This document shows positions 1-12,044 of a stretch of DNA of 64,000 nt, in pieces (within the stretch, counting starts at the first letter, position 1; each line of letters begins with the position of its first letter). The notes beneath the pieces were generated by a model. It saw only the letters and a program-made list of their open reading frames with translations, did not search any database and was not told where the DNA came from. The stretch is from Lepidodermella squamata. Its lineage: Eukaryota; Animalia; Gastrotricha. A program made the position numbers and the translations under genes. Location of the stretch: the NCBI GenBank assembly GCA_047495785.1, contig JBLDXI010000042.1, forward strand, positions 4,154,001 to 4,218,000, read 5' to 3'.

Positions 1-227
1 CTTTTGACCTTATTAAAAAATTACACAAAAATCAGGCGTTTAAATCGAGGTGCCGCGTCTTGGTACGTCTCATGGTGAGTGGGGTACCAAAACCTGGAAG
101 AAGGGCAATCTTAAGCTGTCATTTAGTATAGTTCCTATCCTATTCCTATTCTATTCCTATTCTAATCTCTATTCCTCCAAGGGTACGAGGCATCACGTGT
201 TGCAGTATTCACGCATTGCGTACAGTC

Positions 228-350
228 AGCCAATCATAAAGCGTGTGAATTATAGGGCCAGCCAATCAACACACAGAGTGCGCTTCTTTATAATTGCATT
301 TTTTCAGACTGACCAATAAGAACGCGCACAATTATTAGCCTTTATAAACA
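228..350 (+). promoter_or_regulatory. H4 promoter with three CCAAT boxes and a TATA-like box
   Basis: CCAAT at about 230, 262 and 313; TATAAA at about 343, roughly 100 nt upstream of the ATG. Confidence 0.6.
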
Positions 351-443
351 ACCGCAGCTCAGTTTTTTTTGCATCACATACGAACGCGCTACTGCTGATT
401 CATCGATTTTTCTGCTTACTAACTACTTCACTTTTTACACATC

Positions 444-815
<372 letters not shown>

Positions 816-1544
816 AATAACACATTCTTTGCTATTTCTCCACAATTCCAGTCTCTCCTTTTTGCAAATTTCACTAACGAAATGACGTGCTTTTAACTAA
901 TAAAATTCGACAAGGCATCATGATAATGGATCGTTTATTAAGGAGGTCGAAACACAGGTAACACACGTCACCTTGATGACAACCACTGTGGCTTCACACA
1001 GATCTGACGAGATTCTGCCCGTTCAGCGCGGAGCACAGCGCAACATTTTAGGATATTAGACATTTGGAGAGCGTCTTACAGAACTTGGAGAACAGTAATT
1101 TGGAGCTGTTTCTCGGCTCCTCTCTAGCAAGCTCAAGCTCGTGAAAATTGTCCAAAGTCTATTTTGAGGCTACTAGTCACGCTTAAAGGGCTCATGAAGT
1201 ATTGCATATGGTTTAAATCTTAATTATTAATTTGGGAACACAATTCGGAAATATCTAATGACATCCGCTTGCAAATAAGGTAATGTTAAGCGATTTGCGC
1301 AATTTTCGACTGGTGTGCGTTTCTTAGTGTACACTCACGTCATTTCGATTTTACGAGCGTCTCCGTTCAGTGAAAACTGAAGTAATCACGTGATTTTACT
1401 GTTTTAACAAATATGTAATCTGTAATGAATTGCAAATTTTGTTAATAATAGACGGTGTAACATGGACTTTCAATATCGATGAAGTGAAATGAAGTTTCTG
1501 AGCAGATTGAGTTAATGCATGATCAGGAAACGTGTAACCTAGTT

Positions 1545-2751
1545 CTAACTCTGCTGTTGAACCAATTGCAGCCTATCGGCTTTCCCAGCCACCTGACTTC
1601 TCAACCGCAGGACAAGAAATCTACGAAGGAAAACTCCTGATAACAGAGGTTAAATCAGCGAAGTATGGCGCTTACATTGCTCCTGCGAGTGCTATTAAAG
1701 TAAGGCCAAGGAGACCTCCCAGAACGCCACCTAGTATAGCTGCTAATTGATCATCATGGGTTTTGGGCTCCTCAGTAGTAGCGGGGGTAGTAGTGGGTTC
1801 GTCTGGTTCAACTAAACAACCCTCGTCAGTAGCCAAAATCGGATCCATGCGATTGTCATTGCAATGATCGCCACAACAAGTGCATGCCTTTTCGAAACTG
1901 CTGAATCCCGTAATAGTTTTGTTACTCGTAGCAGATTTGCCACAGCCCCCGATCGACTTGGGAAGAGATGTGCAGCCCCATTGGTAATCGACAAAGGATT
2001 CCAGTGCAGGTATTGAAGTCGACATTTTCTTCGAATGAAGGAAATTCAGAAGTGTTAGACAGTGACTTTGAAACGTTACCGAGCAATATTGATTCGATGT
2101 ACATGATATTTCGCTTCGCGTAGCCGGCTGTACACCATCCGTAGCGTCCTGTTCACAATTGCATTTACTCCATATATTCACCGGAAGGGAAATCAATTAG
2201 TACCTTGACAGCATAAGCGAAGCACGTTTTATCTGCCACTGGTTCGGCCAGACATTCGCTGTCCATGTTAGCTCCGTTACAGCCATCGCCGCAACACAAG
2301 CACAATCGCTTATAGATTTCCACACGTTCGTAAGTTTTGCCGTCGATCGTGATTTCTTGGTGGCTCTCAGTCCGGAATTCGATGTTTTCGTCACATTGAT
2401 AACCGAAATCAGCACCGAAAAGAGCAAGCTCCGCCGTACAGCCCCATTCGATATTGACCAGACGGTCTAGCTCTTTCCCGTTGTCATCCTTGAAAATTTC
2501 TAACGCGTATGATTTCTGAAAAGCTCAATCATTTAATACAACATTATTTACCATCCATTAAAAGATACCATGCATATAGATGAATCCTCCACGCAATCGC
2601 GAGAGACTGAGCCTTCAGGTAGGGATCCGGATTGTTTCTCGCCCGGCTTACCTGGACCTTGGTTGACTTGATAACAGGAAGCTGCAAAGCTGGCTCCGAG
2701 CAAGCCACTTGTTAATAAAAAAATGAGGACGATACAATGACTGTGTGACAT
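1545..2751 (-). CDS. Type I membrane protein with two Ly6/uPAR (three-finger)-like domains
   Basis: Five-exon model. Signal MSHSHCIVLIFLLTSGLLGASFA; domain 1 SCYQ...WGC...CLCCGDGCN; domain 2 TCFA...WGC...CTCCGDHCN; Thr/Pro/Glu stalk; TM LAAILGGVLGGLLGLTLIALAGAIFLVL; short tail ending VQQQS. Confidence 0.75.
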
Positions 2752-3078
2752 ATTTCTGTTATGCAAAGATAAATTTATTTTCTGTTCAGAATTTCTTCTG
2801 CGTTTGTTTCAGATAAAGTCAGGGAAGCATTATCATAAAACCTCGTAAAGAATAAGTATACATTCTACCGTCTGATAAGGAAAAACCGCTTGATGATGAT
2901 GATTACACTTTATACACTCTCATCATCTGATTTCGCCGTGCGGAGGTGCAACAATTCCTAACGAAGAATACACATTTTGAAGACAGGATTTTTATTAATA
3001 CTTCCTATAGCACGTGCTTTTGCTACAATACAAGAATTTAATAATCAGCTGAGTCAGTCTTCATATGTTTCGGTCACC

Positions 3079-3973
3079 TCAGTGCTTGGTGCATTGAGCT
3101 GCCGAGTCGGTGCGCTTGATATCGATTTCGAACCTGAAGGAGCGGTACTTGAGACCAGGGCAGCACGAGTATTCCTTGTCCACGTACGACGCCTTGGTAG
3201 CCACCAATTGGTATCCTTGCGACTCCTCAAAGTCTTCCGTGCCGATTTCGCTCTTACCGTCAGCGAAGCTGATGTCCATCTTCGTATTGTCGTGAACCCA
3301 TGAGCCGGCTTTCAGACTGCACTTGAGAAGACCGCCGTCAACAGACTTGCAAGCCGCTTTCTGCGGAACTTGGCCGATCCAGATCACGGAACCATCAGCC
3401 ATGACTAATGCATCAGATGCCAATCGTTGGCGCAGTTGATCGGCAGCACCGCCGTTGAAACTGTTGTTAAGAGAGTAGGAATCACATGAGACAGATAAAT
3501 GAAAGCTAGATAACAAAATTACTCATTGTAAAAGACAACGTCAGGCCTCCAAATTTTATCGGCAGGGAGAGCGACGGAGTCGGCGCCTTCAAAGCGTTTC
3601 GGGTCCCAGGAAAGGGCGGCATCGTTCCAGAACAGTTTGACAAAAGATGAAATGGTTGCAAAGTTTTCCGAATCAACGCTCACGATCTTGACCAAGTCCA
3701 GTCCAAAAGAAACTTTGACAGCTTCGGATCTGAATGTAGAAAGGATTAGAATTGATTACTCTGCAGAAAAATAGGCTTACGGTTTAGATACTGGGCGACC
3801 TGACGTACCCTGTTCGGCGGCGGTATGTAGCAAATGCTTGCCCAAATCACGTTCAGGGGCATCTGGAACCCAGAAAAGAAAGTCTAATACTGAATATAAG
3901 TTTCTAGCGACTTACTTGTAGCCGATGCGACGAGAAAGATAGCCGAAGCGATGCAGAAAATCTTCAGAGCCAT
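3079..3973 (-). CDS. Soluble acetylcholine-binding-protein-like (Cys-loop receptor ligand-binding domain only), copy 1
   Basis: Four exons. Signal MALKIFCIASAIFLVASA; motifs WNDAALSWDP, IWRPDVVFYN (loop A), CKSVDGGLLKC, GSWVH (loop B), YSCCPGLKY (loop C). Stop after KRTDSAAQCTKH, with AATAAA about 85 nt downstream and no TM exon. Confidence 0.9.
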
Positions 3974-4515
3974 TTTCGCGATATATTTCAGTGGAGTCGT
4001 ATATGTAGAAGAAATGTCGATTGTGAAAAACTGCGGTTGATTTCAGCCGCTATTACGCCGGGTTATATAGCTGATGTCCGCGCGTACTATTCTTAAATTA
4101 TAAAGCGGCAAAAAACAAGATTTTACTAATAATAAGGATAGTACCCATGTTATCAACGGACTTGGCATGCGCGTGCGTCAACGGACTGGCAGTACTTACA
4201 CGTGAGGCAATCAGAACACAAATACTCATGTTGATAACGAATATGTATGAGATTCCCAGGTTAACCACGGAATGTAATTACTATTCTCGGAATGGCGTCT
4301 GAACTTTGCGGTCATTCTTCAGTAATTAAGGACAATCTCACGTTGGATTTTCGCTGCTTCCTTAATGTTAATCCTGATCCAACCAACGACACTAGTCCAC
4401 TTCAAGCGATTTGTCTGTCGATTCCTTCAAATAATGTTACGACTCGATCTGCAATGGTTACTGGCAGCTGAGAGTTCAGTGACCAGGGGTAGCCAGTTGT
4501 AATTATTGTTACGTA

Positions 4516-4720
4516 TACAGTAAAACCTGTTATCTCGAACTCTGTGTATCTCGAAAACCTTTGTATGTCGAAGTCTTACCGAGGAACCGTGGGTTTCTCA
4601 GCATGTAGCACATAATTCAGCCCGCGATGTCGAACTCTGTCTCGAAAGTCGAAGGGCGGGAAAGGAACGGTAGCCATATAGTGTATTATTTTTACTCTTT
4701 GGAGTCGAATTTTCGTAGCT
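4516..4720. mobile_element. Probable single end of a pogo/Tigger-like DNA element
   Basis: TA then CAGTAAAACCTGTTATCTCGAAC with repeated TCTCGAA/TGTCGAA subterminal motifs. No matching opposite end was found. Confidence 0.45.
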
Positions 4721-5289
4721 CATTCTTAGTTTTGAGCGATGACGCGCGCGCGCAAGGCAAGGAGCAAAGTAGCTAAAGATCGTCTAAGCGTTTTGTTCAA
4801 CTACCTGCAGCGCGCTCGGCGAGAAGCTGAAGCCGTTTGTAATCGACAACCCCCGGGTTTGACTGGCCGGAAGCTCGTAATACCGGACGCGAAGAGGAAA
4901 GAGGATTAGCTAAAATGTCTGCTCAAACTGCAAATTGCGTGAAGGTAAACAGTTGCCAGTAAGGTTTGAAAGGGATGGAAAGCGGAGGGTTGGCTTGAAG
5001 ATCTAAAATAAAGCATGCATAACTTGCCTTTTGGGATTTTTTTTCCTGTTTTGATTGGCGTCAGCTGAGACATTTGTTTAACACTTACGGTTGATTGCAG
5101 TCATCAAATTCGGCTGAAGTATGCTGCGGTGGGCTTGTGGTGCAATAATGGCAATTAGATCATTACTTCGTTCATCGATGGAAGAATAATATACGTCCGA
5201 AATGGTTAATCGTCTCAACTTTTATTTTTCTTGGAGTAAATAATGTGAAACCAGCATTCTGAAATTCCTATAACTTATAGTTCTTACTT

Positions 5290-5611
5290 GGGGAAAAAAA
5301 GATTTCATCCGACAAAATGTCTTTTATTATCAGATAAATGTCTTATTCCATCCAAAATCCAAAAATGTGACTAAAATCATCCGACATGAAAGTATCGATT
5401 TTCTCGATTTTCTCGGATTCGATTTTCCCGTAGGGGCATTCCCCTTTTATGCACCCTATTTTGGCCCTGAACCGGAAGAATTTTATGGTAAAAGATTTAT
5501 GGCGATCTAAGTAGTCACTTTTTTACTTCAATTTTTCGAAAATATGACAATAGTCACATTTTTGGATTTCGAATGGAATAAGACATGTGTCGGATGAAAA
5601 AAGTCTCACCC
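5290..5611. mobile_element. MITE with imperfect TIRs and 8-bp TSD
   Basis: Left TTTCATCCGACA...ATGTCTTATTCCAT...AAATCCAAAAATGTGACTA is mirrored by right TAGTCACATTTTTGGATTT...ATGGAATAAGACAT...TGTCGGATGAAA. Direct repeat TCTTACTT at 5282-5289 and 5612-5619. Confidence 0.85.
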
Positions 5612-5880
5612 TCTTACTTCTTGTTGATCATTTTGGCTCTTGCATTTGAACACGTGGCTACCCGTAAGAACGCCGCCTCAGAATCGCGACACTGTTATCA
5701 GTCGAACTCAAGTCTGCCCCCTCAGAGATGACCAATCGTATGCAACAAAAGAACTCACATCGAAAAGCCCACTCATTTCGTCGTCGTTTTTTGGCGCACT
5801 CTTCGTCCACTCAGCCAGATGTCGCGGCTACGCAGCTTTTCGTACCGTCGGACCTTAATTCAAAAAAATTATAGTCAGAA

Positions 5881-8800
5881 ATGGCAGATCTATGTTCATG
5901 TTGCCGCAGGAAGAAGAAAGCGGAAGAAAGTGAAGGATGCATGGATGAAGTTGACGAGGAATTCGCTGAATTCACTACTTGCCACGGAGCGAAACGCATC
6001 TGCAACCGCAAGTGGAACATCTGGCGCCGCCTCCTTTCGCTACTTCTTGTCATCGCTAGCATGAGCGCTCTTGGGCAACAAGTCGCCGATCGTTTCACCG
6101 CATTTCTTCGATTCGAAATGAAAACTGATGTTTCGTTCAGTTTGGCTCGGCATCTCAAACTACCAGCTATTACTCTTTGCAATGTCAACATGTTTTCAAT
6201 GGCTCAACTTGGGCCCATGGATTTCGAGTTATTACTCAATGTTTCCGAGGCGCTTTTCACGGAATACTACGCTGATTTGTTCAAGAACATGTCCGCTAGC
6301 TTGATCGAAGATTCACTAGATGATAATGTAGACTTTTCGTGGCGTGAGCCATACTGGGCAGTTGCTGACAAATTTGCCAAGAAAGAGGCCGAAATCCTAC
6401 TGCGATACAATGGTTTGTGTAAGATTGGATTTGCTATCTGTAAGAAACATAAAAAAAGAAGGATTAGCAGCAAGATTTGCTAAATTTGCGAAGGTTAGGT
6501 ACTTATCCAAATGTTTATAACGCATTCATTTCAGAAATCGAATTACCCTCACTTGCGCATTTATCACTTGCGCATTTATCACTTGCGCATTTTATTTTTA
6601 CCCTTATTTTATCGCTTGCGCATTTTATCTTAAAAAAATTGAAATATCAAGTGCTCTATTGCCATTTTGTCGTATAATTAAACAATATTTATCAAAAAGT
6701 TCGACATTTGTGGTACAAACGTTTTTGTCAACTTTCCATAGTCCTATAACGGACTAGGAGACAGAAGTGACTGTTTATTTCGAATCAAAAAATCGAAAAA
6801 CATGCTAAAAGAAAAAGATTGCTTGTTCGTATAAGATGATGATTTTAGCCCGTCGTTAGATTTGATTTTCATCATCCCTTGCCATACTGCGGGTGGTAGC
6901 GCCGTGAGCCGGCCGAATACGTCCATTTTGTCCGATAAAACCGCTCAGTTTATCGAGATGGCTGTAAACCTCGGCAGCATCGATCCCGGCATTCCAAATG
7001 TTGTCGAATTCGACAGTAGCTTCTTGAATTTGGCCTTCAATTTTCGCATACTTCTTCAAAAATCTATTGACACGTGCTCCAGACTCGAGCTTTCGTTGTC
7101 TCGCTGCGGCTACGACCTCCTCTTCTTGAAGAACCAAAATCAAACGCCAAATGTTCAGATGTCTCTTGCGACACAGGCGGTTAAGTCTAGAATTATATAT
7201 TCATTCAAAAATGTCAATTTCTCAGCGCAAAGTTTGGCTTACTTATGATGCCAGCCCTCATTGGCGTTGTTGGTTCGGTGCCTTTCAGAATGAACACACC
7301 ATTCATGGATAGTCGCACGCCACTGTGATTTCCAATATTGAACGAAACCGGCCATTGACGGAGGACAATCTTGATAAAGTTGCGGAATTACGTCCAGGAT
7401 TTGTTCCGCGGTCAGCAGAGGCAGCACCATGAAGCGGCGAACAAACTTATAATACTGCCCCTGTCGAGAATACAGCGTGATCCCATTGTTATTCTGGACC
7501 CATCTATCAAAAAATGCCTTGATAGTAAGATCTAATGAAAAAAATCAAATGTTTACCGGTATAAACATTGCGTGTAGTGGAAGAAGCAAAGTCGTAGGTC
7601 GTGGTAAAACGCTCGCAAAACTGGGAGGAGACCGGTCTCGAAGTCCGAAGTGGCCGTTTTCACAGAGAAATCAACATAACGAGTTAGGCTCTCGAAAACT
7701 TTGGTGTAGAGCTCGGTTGTCTTCCTTGTCATAAAAACATAGATACCACTGACAAAAACACCGCGCACCAAGGAATTAATGGTAAATAGTTGATAGAAAT
7801 GTTCCGGAGCAGCCTAACAAAAGGAATTGAAATTAAAACGCACATAATGCAGCTAAAAAAGGTGCTTACATCGAAAGTGCCATCCATGAAGTGTCGCTTT
7901 GCACGTTTCAGACGCCTCAGTGCTCGATTGCTCGCAAAAACAATTGCGTGATCGTCGCCATCTTTGACCGAGTGGAGGTAGAATTTTTTGCCTTTTTTCG
8001 TCGCCTTGAATTTTGCAATTCGTTCATCAGGATTCTTCGAGCGCAATATTTTCACCAGCTCCTTTGCTGACTTGGGTAACGGTGGGACATTTTTCTTCTT
8101 CGCTCTGTACAAAGACGCCTGTATTTTGTAATAAGGCTGCAGTACTCGGTCATCCATTTCTGCTTCAATTTCTGCCTTACGGTACGCTTCAGGAATCGGC
8201 GCGTCCTCGTTTTTGATTTGAGCTTTCAAATTTTGAACAGGATGGAAGTCTTTGCAGGCGGGCTTCTCCGCGTGCCATTTCAAGTGAGAATACGATGTTG
8301 GGTTTTCCAGCCCTCTTATATCAAGCGATCCATCGTCGTTGATATAGATTTTTACTGGACATCCGCATTTCCGGTTGAATTTGCATTGGTAGAAAGCTCG
8401 TTTGTTCATTGTACGCAAATGAAAATGGTCGCCATGAAAGCACATCAAACTGTTACATTTTGTCGATCCTTGATCGTACAGTGTGTAGGAGCCTTTATCG
8501 GTCGCAGGAAATGCCTCAGTTTCAGGTAACACGGACAAGTTTGAATTAGCTGAACTCGAATTTGATGCTGTAGAATTTGAATCAGATCGAATCGATGCTC
8601 TTGATTCAGCTCTCGTTTCAGCTCGTGACTCCCTTGACTCCAGATCCCTGATCCTAGACTGTAATTCCCTGATCAGGTTAGTTTTCGGCGAAAAATTCTC
8701 CCCTTCACCACTTCGATCGTCAATCAGGACGTCCAGAACTTCTTCTTCGGCTTCATTCACGTCAAGCAGGACGTGCTGCGCTCTCAGCTCCTCGACTTGT

Positions 8801-10612
8801 GCCTTAGACAGGCCATGCTTCTTCCGATGATGGCAAGCTAAGCCCCGGGCGTCAGAGAAGGAATGCTCGCATCCATCAACAACGCAGTTGAGTTTCATTG
8901 CCCAGTCTCAAGTGTTTCAGAAAACATTAGAATGAAAAATGACGGTTTGAAAATCCACTCGACGTTCACCGCACCACATGGTGCTCGGCACGTGCTTGAA
9001 ATGGCGCCCAAAACATGTCTACTCTGTTTTTCTATTTTTCGCTTTCAATTCTGTCTCCTAGTCCGTTATAGGACTATGGAAAGTTGACAAAAACGTTTGT
9101 ACCACAAATGTCGAACTTTTTGATAAATATTGTTTAATTATACGACAAAATGGCAATAGAGCACTTGATATTTCAATTTTTTTAAGATAAAATGCGCAAG
9201 CGATAAAATAAGGGTAAAAATAAAATGCGCAAGTGATAAATGCGCAAGTGATAAATGCGCAAGTGAGGGCAACCCCAGAAATCGATTTTACTGTTTCTGG
9301 ATGGATGAAACGAGTAGGATGGCAACTAAGCAGGGAATCTGATGATGGTTCCTATAATGCGATTCTCAAATGCCGAGTTGGGAAAACTGGATGTAGGTTG
9401 GATAAAGTAAGAATCATAAGCGTTTTTGAGGTAGATTTTGCTGACCTGTTTCTTCCTTTCTTTTAGCACTTCAAGCAGACTCTAACCCACTCAGGCCTTT
9501 GCTACACCCTGAACTGGAAGGAGAATGCAAGCCGCTACACCCAACGAACCGCCGGGATAGACAGCGGCGTCGAACTCATCATCGATGTAGACGAGGATAA
9601 CTACTCGCCGTATTCTCTCGACAACGAGTGGTCATTCGGCGCCGGGCTCTCAGTCCTTATTCACGAATGGAACGAACCGCCTGAGATTGGCTTAGATATA
9701 GGAATTCCAACCGGAGTTGCGTAATAACCGAATATTATTTATTTTACCATCGCTAATTTATATTTTCTCCTCAGGAGTTATGTAGGCCTCGCGCAACTAG
9801 AACGGCAAATTGACAGCTATTCACCCTGGACGCAGTGCATTTCGATTGAGAATAGCACGACTGGGAAATCAGGGCCTTACTCGCAAATGGAATGCTTGGC
9901 TAGATGCAAAGCCAAGAAAACTCTCAGAGATTGCGGTTGTAGGCTATGGTTCCAACCTGGAAACGCCCCAGAATGTGGCGTCGCAAGGACCTCGGCCTGC
10001 CTCTACTATAAAGAAATAGGTACGGTTAAAGGTTCATTACAGTAAACCTGCACATTTTTTAGTTTAGTTGGGGACAATGAGGAGAAAGACGATGAGTGTA
10101 ATTTGGCATGTTTGGAAGCCTGCCACCAGATTGATTATACATATTCGACATCATTCACGAAAATGATTTCAAACAACACTTTTAAAAGTTTGGTCGGCAA
10201 ACTAAGCGAGCTGATCACTCCTGGGAGCGTCGAACTGACTAAGCCCTACATATCGTAATTGACGCACTCTTTACTTAAGTTGCTTAATACACATTTTTGC
10301 AGAAACAGCATTGTTTCACTTCAAATCGGTTATTCTCAGCTGTCAGTCGAGAAAACACGAACCTCCCCAGCTCAGAGTTTGAGCTCGTTCCTCGGTGACT
10401 TGGGCGGCCAACTCGGGCTATTCGCCGGCATTTCAGTCGTCACAATTTTCGAACTCCTCGAGTACCCTTTCGCTAAAATCTGGTTCATTTGGCGTGGCAA
10501 AAAGTCGGGCCATGAAAAGCCGCCTGTCAATACTACATCAAAAGCTGTTTCAGTAGTTGAACTCCAAACAACGGGCGATTTTTCACGATCAAGAAGTAGA
10601 CGCATAGATTGA
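5881..10612 (+). CDS. DEG/ENaC (ASIC-like) channel subunit, interrupted by a Mutator element at the intron 1/exon 2 junction
   Basis: FTTCHG (HG motif), TM1, LPAITLCNVN, GLCYTLN, GLSVLIHEWNEPP, Cys-rich thumb, TM2 LGDLGGQLGLFAGISVVTIFE. Exons 5881-6412, 9279-9406, 9467-9720, about 9775-10019, about 10068-10254 and about 10303-10612 splice in frame. Confidence 0.9.
6540..9275 (-). mobile_element. Autonomous Mutator-like (MULE) DNA transposon
   Basis: Near-perfect TIRs of about 227 bp (6540-6766 and 9049-9275) with CACTTGCGCATTTAT subrepeats. TSD CAGAAATC(G) at 6532-6540 and 9276-9284. Contains an internal transposase gene. Confidence 0.95.
6856..8898 (-). CDS. MULE transposase, about 625 aa
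   Basis: Exons 8898-7870, 7813-7557, 7503-7243 and 7186-6856 join in frame. N-terminal C2H2 finger, FLYWCH-like segment, MDGTF (D), SDFE (D), CFFH, TNNANEGWH (E). Confidence 0.93.
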
Positions 10613-10736
10613 AGTAAGGAATGAAGAAGAGAGGAGATGGTAAATAAAAAACAAGCTGCACCGGGTGTTATTGTTCTTGTTTACGCATTTCAGTACACAG
10701 AGTATTGAGTGCAAGAAATATGCATCTCGCTCTAAG

Positions 10737-12044
10737 ATGAAAGCTGAATGCATCATGGCATCACGTTTTTTCGACCTCAGCCTTCTGCCGATCAAAGTAG
10801 TGTATTTTCTGGTCTACGGCGGAGTTGCGGCCTACTCGCCTTATGTCGTCCTCTATTACAAAGCCAGGGGTCTGTCTCCCCAGCAAATTGGAATCGTCGA
10901 ATTCTGCTATGTTGTTACTAGCTCACTTTCACTGCCTGTCGTCACAATGCTCGCTGACCGGCTTAACCGGCCATCGACAGTTTTGGCGTCTGCCTTGCTA
11001 TGGCTAAACATCTTCGCTACATCGATGGCATTTGATATGCCAAAACTCATGATAGACACTTGGAGCCTGAGTCCTGTCTTCGTCTTTCTACTGCTAAGAT
11101 CTGTGCTATGCGGTGTTGCTGTGGGTCCTACTATGGCTTTGTGCGACTCGATAGCTTATGATCTATTAGGACCAGATAATTACGCGAAATGGGGCCAACA
11201 GCAAATGTTCGGGGCGTTAGCTTGGGGGCTAAGCGCAGTCACCTCAGGAATAATCATGGATTCCTCATCTAACGACAACCGAGCCTTCTACTTGAGTTCT
11301 TTCTTCCTGATAGCCGCCATCATTACGACTTTGGTCTGGCTGCCTAACCCTGGAGTAAGGGCTAAAATCGACAAGGAGCAGTCAATTTCTTTTGCAGATA
11401 AGCTTCGCCTGATTTTTTCATCAAGGCAATTTTGTCTGAATTGCGGGGTAGCCTTGATATCAGGAACTCTTCTCTCTGTAACAGAAGTCGTAATTCCTAT
11501 TCAAATCGATAGTCTAGGCGCCCCTAAGACTTTGCTAGGCATCGTTACAATCGCTGTTTGCTTATTCGAGTTGCCAACGCTATTCTTCTCTGGTCCGATT
11601 GTTGATTGGCTGGGCGGCGAGCAAACTACCTATCTGAGCATGTTTCTAGCGTATGGCTTGAGGTACTTCTTATGGGGTGTTTTGACGGCAGACACAGTTC
11701 GCCTGGCGATCCCCGTAGAAATGCTGCTTCACGCCGTCTGCTACGGCATCTATTACCCGGCTGCGGGTAGGATTGCTGCATCAAATGCTCCGCCTGGGAT
11801 GAGTTCGACTGTTCAAGGAATTTTAAGCACGTGCTACTCTGGTGTCGGGACAGCGATCGGCACTTTACTGGCCCCTATGATCTACGACGGCTTTGGGCCC
11901 AGTGTAGCTTTTAAATGCTACTCAATGGTTGCAATTGTTTGTTTTGTCGCTTTTACGAAAATAATCCTGCAGATGAGGGTAACTATAAGAGTTACACCGA
12001 GAGATCATTCATGTAAAATCGATTTTAAAGAGAATCAACAATAA
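10737..12044 (+). CDS. Major facilitator superfamily transporter (MFSD6/MFS_1-like), intronless
   Basis: About 12 hydrophobic segments. Motifs IKVVYFLVYG, PYVVLYYKARGLSPQQIG, LADRLNR, WGQQQMFGALAWG, ELPTLFFSG, APPGMSSTVQG. Confidence 0.88.
   Translation: MKAECIMASRFFDLSLLPIKVVYFLVYGGVAAYSPYVVLYYKARGLSPQQIGIVEFCYVVTSSLSLPVVTMLADRLNRPSTVLASALLWLNIFATSMAFDMPKLMIDTWSLSPVFVFLLLRSVLCGVAVGPTMALCDSIAYDLLGPDNYAKWGQQQMFGALAWGLSAVTSGIIMDSSSNDNRAFYLSSFFLIAAIITTLVWLPNPGVRAKIDKEQSISFADKLRLIFSSRQFCLNCGVALISGTLLSVTEVVIPIQIDSLGAPKTLLGIVTIAVCLFELPTLFFSGPIVDWLGGEQTTYLSMFLAYGLRYFLWGVLTADTVRLAIPVEMLLHAVCYGIYYPAAGRIAASNAPPGMSSTVQGILSTCYSGVGTAIGTLLAPMIYDGFGPSVAFKCYSMVAIVCFVAFTKIILQMRVTIRVTPRDHSCKIDFKENQQ

Noticed and set aside
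994-1158. Minus-strand ELELAREEPR-NSSKLLFSKFCKTLSKCLIS* resembling another Glu-x-x-Arg precursor exon
   Set aside because: No signal-peptide exon or family promoter was found upstream. It may simply be 3' UTR of the Ly6-like gene.
6547-6630. Short repeats CACTTGCGCATTT that could suggest a CRISPR-like array
   Set aside because: No unique spacers, mirrored at 9190-9266, and part of the MULE TIR in a eukaryotic context.
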